Shown in pieces: positions 16,176 to 24,427 of a stretch of 32,000 bases of DNA (position 1 is its first letter; each line of letters starts with the position of its first letter). A program made the position numbers and the translations under genes. Below the pieces are notes generated by a model. That model was not told where the DNA came from. It saw only the letters and a program-made list of their open reading frames with translations, and did no database searches. The DNA is from Faecalibaculum rodentium (GTDB lineage: Bacteria; Bacillota_I; Bacilli_A; Erysipelotrichales; Erysipelotrichaceae): the NCBI RefSeq assembly GCF_001564455.1, contig NZ_CP011391.1:2490001-2522000 (forward strand), written 5' to 3'.

Positions 16176-17477
16176 TCAGTTGAGGGCATCCAGCTGAGAC
16201 TGGAGTGCCGCTATCTGGCTGTTCAGATCGTTGATGCGGTTCTGTGCACTGTCCGTGGATCCGGCCAGGGCATCCAGGGCCCCCTGGGCACTGGCAAGAT
16301 CGTTCTGACGGGCCTGGATGACACCGGCGGACTGGTCCATGGAAGACTGCGCCGAGGACAGCTGGGACTTCAGCGAGGACTGCTGGGCAATCAGATCCGA
16401 CAGTTCCTTCTGGATCTGTGCCATTTCATCCGGCTCCTTATCGGCGGACGAGGTGTTCTGCAGTTCCTGGATCCGGCTGTTCATCGAATCCATCTGGGCC
16501 TGGAGATCGTATACGCTCTGCTGCGCCGCCCCGTAGGTATTCTGCGCATCCGCCAGGGCGGCCGCAGCACTGTCCACACGGCTCTGGGCGTCATTGATTT
16601 TTCCCTGGGCTGCATCATAGTCGGCCTGGGCACCGGCCAGCTGACTCTGCAGCTGGGCAATCTGGTCCTTCAGGCGGGCTTTCTGTTCCGCCACTTCCGT
16701 GTTGTTGTTGTCCTTGTCGGCTTTCTGCCCGGCTTTTTCTTCTGCCAGGATCTCATCAAAGGACTTCCCGGTACTGTCTCTCAGGATTTCGTTGATTTCC
16801 CGTTTCTGCTTGTCGCTCAGTTTGTTCCACCGCACTTCATAATCCTTGATCCCGGTATCGGATGTGCCTGTCAGTGACTGGGCCCACTGCTTCAGGGCAT
16901 TGAAATCCGCTTCTGTGTCCTTTTCTTCCGTCCTGTCTGCCGTGACGTTTTTCACCACCTGGGAAATGCCGAAAATCAGCAGGGCTCCCAGGGCCACCAC
17001 CGCAATGACCGTCGCAATGATCCCGGCTGCCCGCCAGTCTGTCTTTTTGTGTTCCTTCTGACGGTTCACCTGGCGGCTTACACGTTCCCGCTTCAGAGAA
17101 GGCCCCTTTTCCTCCTCAATCAGGCTGTCGATTTCACCATTGTCCAGAACCACCGTGCTGCCTGGACTGTCGGCCGTATCCTCTATGTCCCGCGGGGCAA
17201 ATACCATAGTGCCGCCGCCATCTTCCTCCCCGGTCTGTGAGACCGGCCTGCCTGTGATGACCGTGTCCTGGTCCCGTGTGCCGGAAAAATCCGGCACATC
17301 CGGTTCGTTCTCCTGCTCCGGCTCCCGGTTGTCCCGGGCTGTCAGGACGGGACCTGACTGTTCTGATTCCTCATTGCGGGTATGGGAAAAGGCGCTCATT
17401 TTCCGTTCCAGCTCGCTGTCTGCGGACAGACTGTCCAGCAGGGCATCGAGCCGGTCATCTCGCTTGGATTGACTCAT
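16176..17477 (-). CDS. Hypothetical bitopic membrane protein: acidic N-terminal region, one TM helix, long extracytoplasmic Q/A-rich coiled coil
   Basis: 433 aa. ATG at 17477 follows GGGGGA. TM segment is AAGIIATVIAVVALGALLIFGI. The C-terminal roughly 190 aa are heptad-like (AQLQSQLAGAQADYDAAQGKINDAQSRVD...NSQIAALQSQLDALN). No catalytic domain is recognisable. Confidence 0.75.
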   Translation of the reverse strand: MSQSKRDDRLDALLDSLSADSELERKMSAFSHTRNEESEQSGPVLTARDNREPEQENEPDVPDFSGTRDQDTVITGRPVSQTGEEDGGGTMVFAPRDIEDTADSPGSTVVLDNGEIDSLIEEEKGPSLKRERVSRQVNRQKEHKKTDWRAAGIIATVIAVVALGALLIFGISQVVKNVTADRTEEKDTEADFNALKQWAQSLTGTSDTGIKDYEVRWNKLSDKQKREINEILRDSTGKSFDEILAEEKAGQKADKDNNNTEVAEQKARLKDQIAQLQSQLAGAQADYDAAQGKINDAQSRVDSAAAALADAQNTYGAAQQSVYDLQAQMDSMNSRIQELQNTSSADKEPDEMAQIQKELSDLIAQQSSLKSQLSSAQSSMDQSAGVIQARQNDLASAQGALDALAGSTDSAQNRINDLNSQIAALQSQLDALN

Positions 17478-17704
17478 TCTGAATTTTCCCCCTATCTTCT
17501 CAATGATACCACAGCCGGTCTGTGCCGGGCATAGAGCCAGGCTTCCCGGTACAGGACACAGACGTCCGGTTTCCGGAAAGCGGTTACGTGTCCGAAAGCA
17601 GCAGGACCTTTCAATCGTACAGATCTGTGCATCCGGCTATCTCTTTCTTCCCGTTTCCGGGTTTCCGGAAGAGTTTTCAGCTGTCAGTTTGGTGACAAGT
17701 CGTC

Positions 17705-17746
17705 TATAATTGAAACATACTTTGAGGTGCGTTTACCTGAGTAAAC
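17705..17746 (+). promoter_or_regulatory. Putative promoter -10 plus palindromic operator upstream of the TetR pair
   Basis: TATAAT at 17705..17710 with a weak -35. The perfect inverted repeat GTTTAC-ctga-GTAAAC at 17731..17746 ends 15 nt upstream of the TetR ATG. Confidence 0.35.
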
Positions 17747-17761
17747 CACGGGGAGCCGGCT

Positions 17762-18355
17762 ATGAAACGAAGAAAACTGAAGAATGAGATCATCCAGAAA
17801 TCACTGGACCTCTTTCGGCAGCGAGGCTATGATGCTGTATCCGTTCAGGACATCTGTGATGCATGCGACATCACAAAGCCCACATTCTACAAGTACCTTG
17901 CCAGCAAGCAGAACCTGCTGAGCTATTTTTTCTCCTCCATGAGCGAAGCCATTCCGGACGACTGGTACCGGATCCCGGAAGGCACAGACTGTTACCGGAA
18001 ACTCATGGAAGGCTATCTGATGTTCATGCGTCATGCCGCCGGACTGGGAGCGGACCTCTACAACCAGGTATTCATCTCCAACCTGGTGGAGTACATGGGC
18101 ACATTCAATGATGTCCGGGCGTTCACCGATCTGATGGTGGACCTGATCCGCGAAGCACAGGAAACCGGACAGATCCAAAATCCTTCCGATCCCAAGTCGC
18201 TGTACAAAGTGGGTGTCGGAATGAGCCTGGGGTATGGGGCGTTCTGGTGCCTGAACGAAGGCAGAAGCAGCCTTCTGGATGATTTCAGTCAGGACCTGGA
18301 TGCCGTCTTCATGCACAACTGCCCCTGCACCACTCAAGCAGGAGGACTGGCATGA
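17762..18355 (+). CDS. TetR/AcrR-family transcriptional regulator (first of tandem pair)
   Basis: 197 aa. N-terminal HTH is GYDAVSVQDICDACDITKPTFYKYLASK. RBS is GGGGAG. Confidence 0.9.
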   Translation: MKRRKLKNEIIQKSLDLFRQRGYDAVSVQDICDACDITKPTFYKYLASKQNLLSYFFSSMSEAIPDDWYRIPEGTDCYRKLMEGYLMFMRHAAGLGADLYNQVFISNLVEYMGTFNDVRAFTDLMVDLIREAQETGQIQNPSDPKSLYKVGVGMSLGYGAFWCLNEGRSSLLDDFSQDLDAVFMHNCPCTTQAGGLA

Positions 18356-18960
18356 ACCGGAAACGACTGGAACAGATCCTGGATGTCAGCCTGACCATGT
18401 TCCGGGAAAAGGGGTTCGACGATACCAGCGTCATGGATATCTGCAATGCCTGCGGCATCACAAAGCCCACATTCTACAAATATGTAAACAGCAAGGAGGA
18501 GCTCCTGCGCCATTATTACGATGGTGCTCTGGAAACACTGATCCAGGCCATGGACGAACATGAACCGTCCAACGATTATGTGGCGCTGATCTGGATCGGG
18601 CTGTCCATGACAGCTTCCCGGTCCATCGACCTGGGGCCGGATCTCCTGTCCAAATACATGATTCTGAATTTTCACGAACATACCGTTACCGCCAGATACA
18701 GCGCTGGTGGAAAACAGCGGACAGTGGAGGCCATCCGGAAAGCACAGGAAGCCGGGCAGATCCGGAATCTGTGCGATCCGGAGAAACTGTTCATGGCTCT
18801 CAAGAACCTGAGCCTGGGACTGACTCTGAAATGGATCATGACCAAAGGCAGCTTTCCCTTCTTCAGTCACTATGGCCGGATGGTCGAAGACATCATTCTG
18901 CCGGATTACGATGCGGTTCTGAAACAGACAGGCGTGGATCACCGGAAAAAAACCGGATGA
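18352..18960 (+). CDS. TetR/AcrR-family transcriptional regulator (second of tandem pair)
   Basis: 202 aa. HTH is GFDDTSVMDICNACGITKPTFYKYVNSK. AGGAGG RBS and ATGA overlap with the first TetR. Confidence 0.9.
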   Translation: MNRKRLEQILDVSLTMFREKGFDDTSVMDICNACGITKPTFYKYVNSKEELLRHYYDGALETLIQAMDEHEPSNDYVALIWIGLSMTASRSIDLGPDLLSKYMILNFHEHTVTARYSAGGKQRTVEAIRKAQEAGQIRNLCDPEKLFMALKNLSLGLTLKWIMTKGSFPFFSHYGRMVEDIILPDYDAVLKQTGVDHRKKTG

Positions 18961-19658
18961 GACTGCCTGTCTTTTTTATGTGTCTCCAGCCACAGGGGGT
19001 GAGCAGCAAGGACGAGGGCTTCTGCCTGCGCGTCGGGACACAGGGAAAACAGGGCATCAAGTGTCGCACCGGTGGTCAGGACATCGTCGAGAATCAGCAG
19101 CCGGCCTGGCCGCCTTTGCCGGGTCGTGTCCGGTGTACAGGCAATGAGATGACCCACTTCCTTCCTCGTTCCGGGGTCGTTTTCCGACTGCTTGAATGAC
19201 CTGGTTTTGTGCCATGGGCGGTCTGCCTCCAGGTTCCAGGCCCGCAGGATTTCTGTCAGCGGATCAAATCCCCGCTGCAGGGTCTTTTCAGGCCACGATG
19301 CAAGCGCAGCGATCCTGCAGCCCCTCAGACGGCGGATCAGGCGGGACTGCCCGGACAGAAACAGGGGAGCCAGGGCAATGTCCCGGTCTTCCTTGTATTG
19401 AAAGAACAGTTGTTCCATGAACTCATTGTAGACATAGAGGACATGCACAAAACGGCCCTCAATCCGGTATGTCTGTTTCAGTTCCTGCACCCGTTTCCTG
19501 CATTCCGGACAGAGACAGTCATCATCAAGCAGCAACTGCGTGAAATCTGTATCTTTTGAATATTCATTCAGACAAAAGAGACAGATTCGTTCATCTGGTG
19601 AAGCAAATCGGCTGACTGTCTCATGGAATCGCTTAAAGAGGCGGCAAAGCACAGGCAT
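18939..19658 (-). CDS. comFC: ComF family protein ComFC (phosphoribosyltransferase-like)
   Basis: N-terminal Cys pairs CLFC...CPEC and the PRT-type motif LLILDDVLTTGATL. The start is ATG 19658 or GTG 19652, and the latter has better spacing from AAGGAGA. The 3' end overlaps the convergent TetR gene by 22 nt. Confidence 0.8.
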   Translation of the reverse strand: MPVLCRLFKRFHETVSRFASPDERICLFCLNEYSKDTDFTQLLLDDDCLCPECRKRVQELKQTYRIEGRFVHVLYVYNEFMEQLFFQYKEDRDIALAPLFLSGQSRLIRRLRGCRIAALASWPEKTLQRGFDPLTEILRAWNLEADRPWHKTRSFKQSENDPGTRKEVGHLIACTPDTTRQRRPGRLLILDDVLTTGATLDALFSLCPDAQAEALVLAAHPLWLETHKKDRQSHPVFFR

Positions 19659-20764
19659 TCTCCTTTCGGGTCATCAAAACTGCGGCCTGCCCGGCCGAAA
19701 ATCTGGACGAGACTGGCCATGGTGAATACGGGATGATCGGCACGAAGCACGATCACCTGCACAGACGGGACCGTGATTCCCCGCTCCAGCAGGGTGGTGG
19801 ACACCAGCACCCTGTATTCCTTGCCGGAAAAACGGCGCATAATGTCATCTTTGTCCGGACTCTGGCTGTGAATGCATGGACAGCCCAGCAGCCGGCTGAG
19901 ACGGTTTCCGTCCCGGATCCTCGGTACAAACACCAGCACCTGTCTGGGTGCCATTCTGTGCAGCTGCCACAGCAGTCCGAAGATCTGCAGCCACACAGGT
20001 CTCAGATAAAACCGGGGTTCCGGCAGAGGCTGGCCATGGGGCCGCCGAAACAGCCGTGCCACTTTGAGTCGCCCGGCTTCGATCTCTGCCAGACTGACTT
20101 CATCCGGTGTGGCTGACAGCATGAGCTTCACACCCCTGCAGGCTTTTGCCGCCAGATGCTCCAGAAGGGCATTCCCTCTGTAGGGAAAGGCATCCAGCTC
20201 ATCCAGGATCAGCAGGTCAAACGCCCCCGGATACCGATAGAGCTGATGCGTGGTGCAGACTATGAGATCTCCATCGGTCACAGAGGTGTATCCCTCGCAG
20301 ACGCAGACAACGTCCAGTCCAGGAAATGCTTTCTGCAGCCGGGCCCCGATTTCCAGCACCACCTGCCGGCGGGAGATGGCAAAACAGACTTTCTGTCTGT
20401 GCCGCAGAAACCAGTCTATGGACGCGAATGTGATTTCGGTTTTCCCTGATCCGCAGGCTGCATAACAGAACACAGACTCTCCCTGCTTCAGCCAGTCCAG
20501 GATCTGGTCCGAAGCCTGCTGCTGAAAGGGCGTCAGGGCAAAGTCCAGGTGTATCTGCCCCTCCCATGCCGGTTCCTTCAGCACCGGGATCTGCGGCTGT
20601 GCTCCGGCATCCAGCCGCGAAAAGGCCACACAGCGCCGGCAGTACGGTATTCCGTGATCACTGCCGAACAGAGCCGGATTTGTGTTCCCGCACCGGCTGC
20701 ATGCCAGTCCGGCACAGTCTGGCACAGCGGGTTTTCGGGTCGTTTCAGGAAATTTGTGTTTCAT
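19568..20764 (-). CDS. comFA: Competence helicase ComFA (DEAD/DEAH-box, SF2)
   Basis: From ATG 20764 (MKHKFPET), with a GGGGGG(T) RBS. N-terminal zinc finger is CSRCG...CRRC. Walker A is ACGSGKTE and the DExD-like motif is LILDELDAF. The C-terminal helicase motif is FGRAGR. The track start at 20974 is an upstream extension. Confidence 0.85.
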   Translation of the reverse strand: MKHKFPETTRKPAVPDCAGLACSRCGNTNPALFGSDHGIPYCRRCVAFSRLDAGAQPQIPVLKEPAWEGQIHLDFALTPFQQQASDQILDWLKQGESVFCYAACGSGKTEITFASIDWFLRHRQKVCFAISRRQVVLEIGARLQKAFPGLDVVCVCEGYTSVTDGDLIVCTTHQLYRYPGAFDLLILDELDAFPYRGNALLEHLAAKACRGVKLMLSATPDEVSLAEIEAGRLKVARLFRRPHGQPLPEPRFYLRPVWLQIFGLLWQLHRMAPRQVLVFVPRIRDGNRLSRLLGCPCIHSQSPDKDDIMRRFSGKEYRVLVSTTLLERGITVPSVQVIVLRADHPVFTMASLVQIFGRAGRSFDDPKGECLCFAASLSDSMRQSADLLHQMNESVSFV

Positions 20765-20864
20765 CTCAGACACCCCCCTGTTTTTATATTCGCCATCCGG
20801 CCTCAGATTTGCGCAAATTCGCTGATTTTTTATATCATGGGAACATACGAGGGAGAGAAATTCG

Positions 20865-21689
20865 ATGAAAAAGAAAAAATGGCTGCCAATTCTGGTGGTC
20901 TGGCTGCTCCTTGGGGGTGTGGCGGTCTGGGGGCTGTCCCAGTTTGTCACAGAGCAGATCTGGAAATCACACAACTACATCGTGGAAAATCCTGTAGCCA
21001 CGGTCATGATCGACCCCGGCCACGGCGGATATGATTCGGGAGCCGTGGCCGCAGACGGAACCATGGAAAAAGACGTGGCACTGGCCCTGGCACTCCAGAC
21101 CGGCGAAAAACTGCACAACATGGATCCGTCCATTCAGGTCATCTTCACGCGCTATGATGACAATGTGTCCTGGCCGGACAATGAAGCGGAAGACCTGCAG
21201 GCGCGGGTGGCCATGGCCATCAACTACGGTGCAACCCATTACCTGGCCATCCACTGCAATTCCGCAGAAGATCCCAGTGCCCTGGGACATTTCGGTATTG
21301 TGCGCCAGGATGATGTGACCAGCCAGCGGATCTGCCAGAACCTGGACAATTATCTGGCAGCCGCCAACTGGGGCCCGGCTCTGGGCTTCCGGAAGACCAG
21401 CGACATCGGCAGCATTTTTGTGGTCGATCAGCTGGGGATCCCCAGCATGCTGTTTGAAACCGGCTTCCTGTCCAATCCCACGGAAGCCATGCAGATGCGC
21501 GACCCGGGCAACCAGGATGCCATTTCCACAGCTCTGGCCCAGGCCTACTACGATTCCATACATGGTCTGGACGTGAATGTGGCGATGCCGCAGGCTGCTG
21601 TTCAGGAACCGGAAGCTGTTCAGGAGACACCGGAAGCCGAACCTGTCTGGGTGCCGGAAGACTATACCGGAGACTACATCCCGCAGTAA
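20865..21689 (+). CDS. N-acetylmuramoyl-L-alanine amidase (Amidase_3, CwlD-like), membrane/signal-anchored
   Basis: 274 aa. Signal anchor is KKKKWLPILVVWLLLGGVAVWG. Motifs are IDPGHGGYDSGAV, LAIHCNS and the E in LFETGFLSN. It has an acidic P/E-rich C-terminal tail. RBS is GAGGGAGAG. Confidence 0.9.
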   Translation: MKKKKWLPILVVWLLLGGVAVWGLSQFVTEQIWKSHNYIVENPVATVMIDPGHGGYDSGAVAADGTMEKDVALALALQTGEKLHNMDPSIQVIFTRYDDNVSWPDNEAEDLQARVAMAINYGATHYLAIHCNSAEDPSALGHFGIVRQDDVTSQRICQNLDNYLAAANWGPALGFRKTSDIGSIFVVDQLGIPSMLFETGFLSNPTEAMQMRDPGNQDAISTALAQAYYDSIHGLDVNVAMPQAAVQEPEAVQETPEAEPVWVPEDYTGDYIPQ

Positions 21690-21698
21690 GCAATGAAC

Positions 21699-21766
21699 AA
21701 AAACAGGATGATACCGCATCTTTGCCGGTCTTTGTGATACGGCAGACAGGGCATCATCCTGTTTTT
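21699..21766. terminator. Bidirectional terminator between convergent amidase and aminotransferase genes
   Basis: AAAAACAGGATGAT (21699..21712) pairs with ATCATCCTGTTTTT (21753..21766). The loop contains a further 5-bp TGCCG/CGGCA stem. The A-tract on one side and T-tract on the other fit termination in both directions. Confidence 0.7.
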
Positions 21767-21807
21767 CATTTCTTCGTCAGTTCCTGCTGTTCCGCCTGTA
21801 CTGTGTA

Positions 21808-22959
21808 TCAGGATCGGGAGTCAAACAGACCGGAGTCTGCGATCCGCCTGGCAGCTTCGCGGATCTTTTCGGCATCCTGCACCATGGCTATGCGGACAAA
21901 CCCTTCTCCTTCCGGCCCGAAGCGGGATCCGGGAGTGACAAGCACCCCTGCGGTTTCCGCCAGCCTGAGGGCAAAGGCCTCGGAGGTCATTCCCGCAGGA
22001 ATCGGGGCCCAGAGAAACATCGTGGCTTCACAGGACGGAATGTGCCATCCCGCTTTCCCGAATTCCGCCACCATCAGATTTCTCCGCTGTTCATACTCCT
22101 GGCGCGTCTCCGGAATGGATCCGCCTCCATGTTCCAGGGCTTCGATCCCGCCATACTGGACCGGCAGGAAAATGCCGTAGTCCAGACTCCTTTTGAGCTC
22201 CCTGTAGGCGCTGACTGCTTCGCGGTTGCCGGCCAGCACACCCAGCCGGGCGCCGGCCATGCCGTAGGTCTTGGAAAAGGAATTCAGTTCCACGCCCGTT
22301 TCAAGGGCACCGGGAAATGACAGAAAACTCTTCCCTGGCTGGCCGTCATACACCAGCTCAGAATAGGCATTGTCATGAATAATCAGGATGTCATTCTCTT
22401 TCGCAAACCGGATCAGTTCCTCGTAAAAGCTGTCCGGGGCAATGGCGCCAGTGGGGTTGTTGGGATAGCTCACCAGGATCAGCTTTGCCTTCTGTCGGTC
22501 CTCCTGGCTGATGGCCTCCAGATCCGGCAGATAGTGGTTTTCCGGTTTCAGCGGCATATACAGCACATCGGCTCCTGCCAGTCTGGGCGCCTGTTCGTAG
22601 ACCGGATAATAAGGATCGGGAATCAGGATCCCGTCATGCGGGTTGCAGAACACCAGCGGCAGATTGATCAGGGCTTCCTGGCTTCCCTGCAGGAGGCAGA
22701 TTTCCTCCGGATCCAGGTCTGTGCTGTATCTGTCGTGATACCAGTCCTGTACAGCCTGTATCAGCTGGGGCAGGGCAGTGACGGCGTATTTGTAGTTCTG
22801 GGACTCGCCGGCTGCCTTCTGAATGGCCTCCATGATGGAGGGCTCCGGTGCAATGTCCGGGGACCCCAGCGTAAAGTCGATCGGATCCGGCCCCGTGCAG
22901 GCCTTCAGGTCTGCAAAGGCCGGTTTCCTGAAATACTTCATTCTTCTTGCGGTTTCCAT
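21808..22959 (-). CDS. Class I/II PLP aminotransferase (aspartate/LL-DAP aminotransferase-like)
   Basis: Motifs are SYPNNPTG, IIHDNAYSELVYDG and the PLP lysine in NSFSKTYGMAGARLG. The start is ambiguous (22965, 22959 or 22941). I chose ATG 22959 for its spacing from GAAGAGG. Confidence 0.88.
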   Translation of the reverse strand: METARRMKYFRKPAFADLKACTGPDPIDFTLGSPDIAPEPSIMEAIQKAAGESQNYKYAVTALPQLIQAVQDWYHDRYSTDLDPEEICLLQGSQEALINLPLVFCNPHDGILIPDPYYPVYEQAPRLAGADVLYMPLKPENHYLPDLEAISQEDRQKAKLILVSYPNNPTGAIAPDSFYEELIRFAKENDILIIHDNAYSELVYDGQPGKSFLSFPGALETGVELNSFSKTYGMAGARLGVLAGNREAVSAYRELKRSLDYGIFLPVQYGGIEALEHGGGSIPETRQEYEQRRNLMVAEFGKAGWHIPSCEATMFLWAPIPAGMTSEAFALRLAETAGVLVTPGSRFGPEGEGFVRIAMVQDAEKIREAARRIADSGLFDSRS

Positions 22960-23036
22960 GACCATACCTCTTCTTTCCGGTTTTCTCGCATGACCGGCAG
23001 TTCCTGCATGACAGGAGCCGGTTCCATTTCATGATA

Positions 23037-23062
23037 TAGAAAAAAACGGCTGATCAGCCGTT
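23037..23062 (-). terminator. Rho-independent terminator after rpmE
   Basis: Minus strand reads AACGGCUGA/UCAGCCGUU, a perfect palindromic hairpin (23062..23045), followed by a run of U immediately after the rpmE stop. Confidence 0.75.
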
Positions 23063-23064
23063 TC

Positions 23065-23286
23065 TTACTTGTTTTCGTTCTTGAGTCCGTATTTGCGGTT
23101 AAACTTCTCGATACGTCCCTGCGCAGCGGCAAACCTCTGACGTCCAGTGAAGAACGGGTGGCAGTTGCTGCAGGTATCCACACGCAGTTCATCGCCCTTT
23201 ACCGTACTACCGGATTCAAATTCTGCCCCGCAGGACGTGCATACGACTTTAACCTTGTGGTAATCGGGGTGAATTCCCTTTTTCAT
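23065..23286 (-). CDS. rpmE: 50S ribosomal protein L31 (zinc-binding type A)
   Basis: 73 aa: [28 protein letters not shown]...[12 protein letters not shown]. Both Cys pairs are present. RBS is GGAAGGAGGA. Confidence 0.97.
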   Translation of the reverse strand: MKKGIHPDYHKVKVVCTSCGAEFESGSTVKGDELRVDTCSNCHPFFTGRQRFAAAQGRIEKFNRKYGLKNENK

Positions 23287-23566
23287 ACGCTTGTCCTCCT
23301 TCCGCCTTGAGCCTCATGCGTGCTCAAAGTAAGTGCCTTGACATGGTATCAGAAAATTGCAGCCTTCACAATCCCCATGAAACAAAAACCGTCCTGTGTC
23401 TGCAAACCGGGTGTGGGTCTGCCGACGGCACTTCGCATCGGACATCGGCAGGCCATAGGGGAAGTACCTCAGACAGCCCACGCCGGCTGTGAATCAGAAA
23501 CAGGCCGGGGGAACCGGACACAGTCAGGATGTGCAGGCATGATACGATACAGAGGAGGTGATTGTC

Positions 23567-24427
23567 GTGACACTGCATATCGACTGGCAGAAACTGGGCA
23601 CCAGTCTCTGGCTTCCGGTTCTGGAGATCGCAGCCGGGCTGTTCCTTGGGCCGCTGGTCAAGCGCATGATTCTCCGTATGGCCCGTACCGTTCCCAACAA
23701 AGGGGTGCTGACATTTCTTGCCTCTCTGGTGAATGTTCTCATCATCGGCCTGACGTTTCTTCTGGCCATGGAACAGCTGGGATTCAAAATGTCCGGCACC
23801 CTCAGCCTTCTCTCGGCCGTGGGACTGGGCATGACCCTGGCCCTCAAGGACAACATGGCAAATGTGGCAGGCGGACTGCAGATCCTTCTGACGAAGCCCT
23901 TTGCGGTAGGTGACTATATTTCCGTGGGGAAACATCAGGGGAAGGTGTCGTCCATAGAACTGATGTACACCACCATCCGCACGAATGGAAGCAAGGAAGT
24001 CATCATTCCCAATTCGGTTCTGGTGAACGACCTGATTGTCAACTGGAGCAAGGATCCTCTCATGCACCTGACGGTCCATCTTCACTTTCCGCTGCCGGGG
24101 AATGTCCAGGCAGGGCTGGAGCAGGCACGGGTGATTGCCGGGCGCTGCCCGCAGATGATACCCGGGGAAGAGGTTCAGGTCTGGTGTTCCTCACTTCACA
24201 AAAACCAGGCAAAGCTCGCCGTGTCTGTCCCGATCCGGGGACAGGATGTAAAACCCGCCAGGCGCTGGCTCATGACACAGCTGTCCGTGCTCACCGACCG
24301 TCACGATCAGGGTGAAGGCAGTGCGGCCTCCGGTCTTCCGCCGGCACCGGCTGAACCTGACAGAGTTTCCGCACCGGCAGCCGGCACAACACCGCAGGAG
24401 GAAACACAGAATGAAAAAGCTGGATAA
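23567..24427 (+). CDS. Small-conductance mechanosensitive channel (MscS family)
   Basis: TM helices are followed by the MscS core GLGMTLALKDNMANVAGGLQILLTKPFAVGDYISV...GKVSSIELMYTTIRT...IIPNS. The track start at 23558 is a GTG embedded in the AGAGGAGG RBS. The GTG at 23567 has proper spacing. The C-terminus is a low-complexity P/A/E tail. Confidence 0.85.
   Translation: MTLHIDWQKLGTSLWLPVLEIAAGLFLGPLVKRMILRMARTVPNKGVLTFLASLVNVLIIGLTFLLAMEQLGFKMSGTLSLLSAVGLGMTLALKDNMANVAGGLQILLTKPFAVGDYISVGKHQGKVSSIELMYTTIRTNGSKEVIIPNSVLVNDLIVNWSKDPLMHLTVHLHFPLPGNVQAGLEQARVIAGRCPQMIPGEEVQVWCSSLHKNQAKLAVSVPIRGQDVKPARRWLMTQLSVLTDRHDQGEGSAASGLPPAPAEPDRVSAPAAGTTPQEETQNEKAG

Noticed and set aside
17503-17709. 68-aa ORF in the TetR / coiled-coil intergenic region, and the 67-aa ORF at 1969..2172
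   Set aside because: Neither has an SD. Both have an R/P/G-rich or otherwise implausible composition. They overlap predicted promoter, operator or terminator elements and are most likely non-coding.
23287-23557. 270-bp divergent region between rpmE and MscS, examined for a riboswitch, leader or small gene (includes the 61-aa TTG-started ORF at 23307..23492)
   Set aside because: It contains only short stems (TTGAGC/GCTCAA) and weak promoter-like hexamers. I recognise no conserved RNA motif, and the ORF lacks an SD and has implausible composition.
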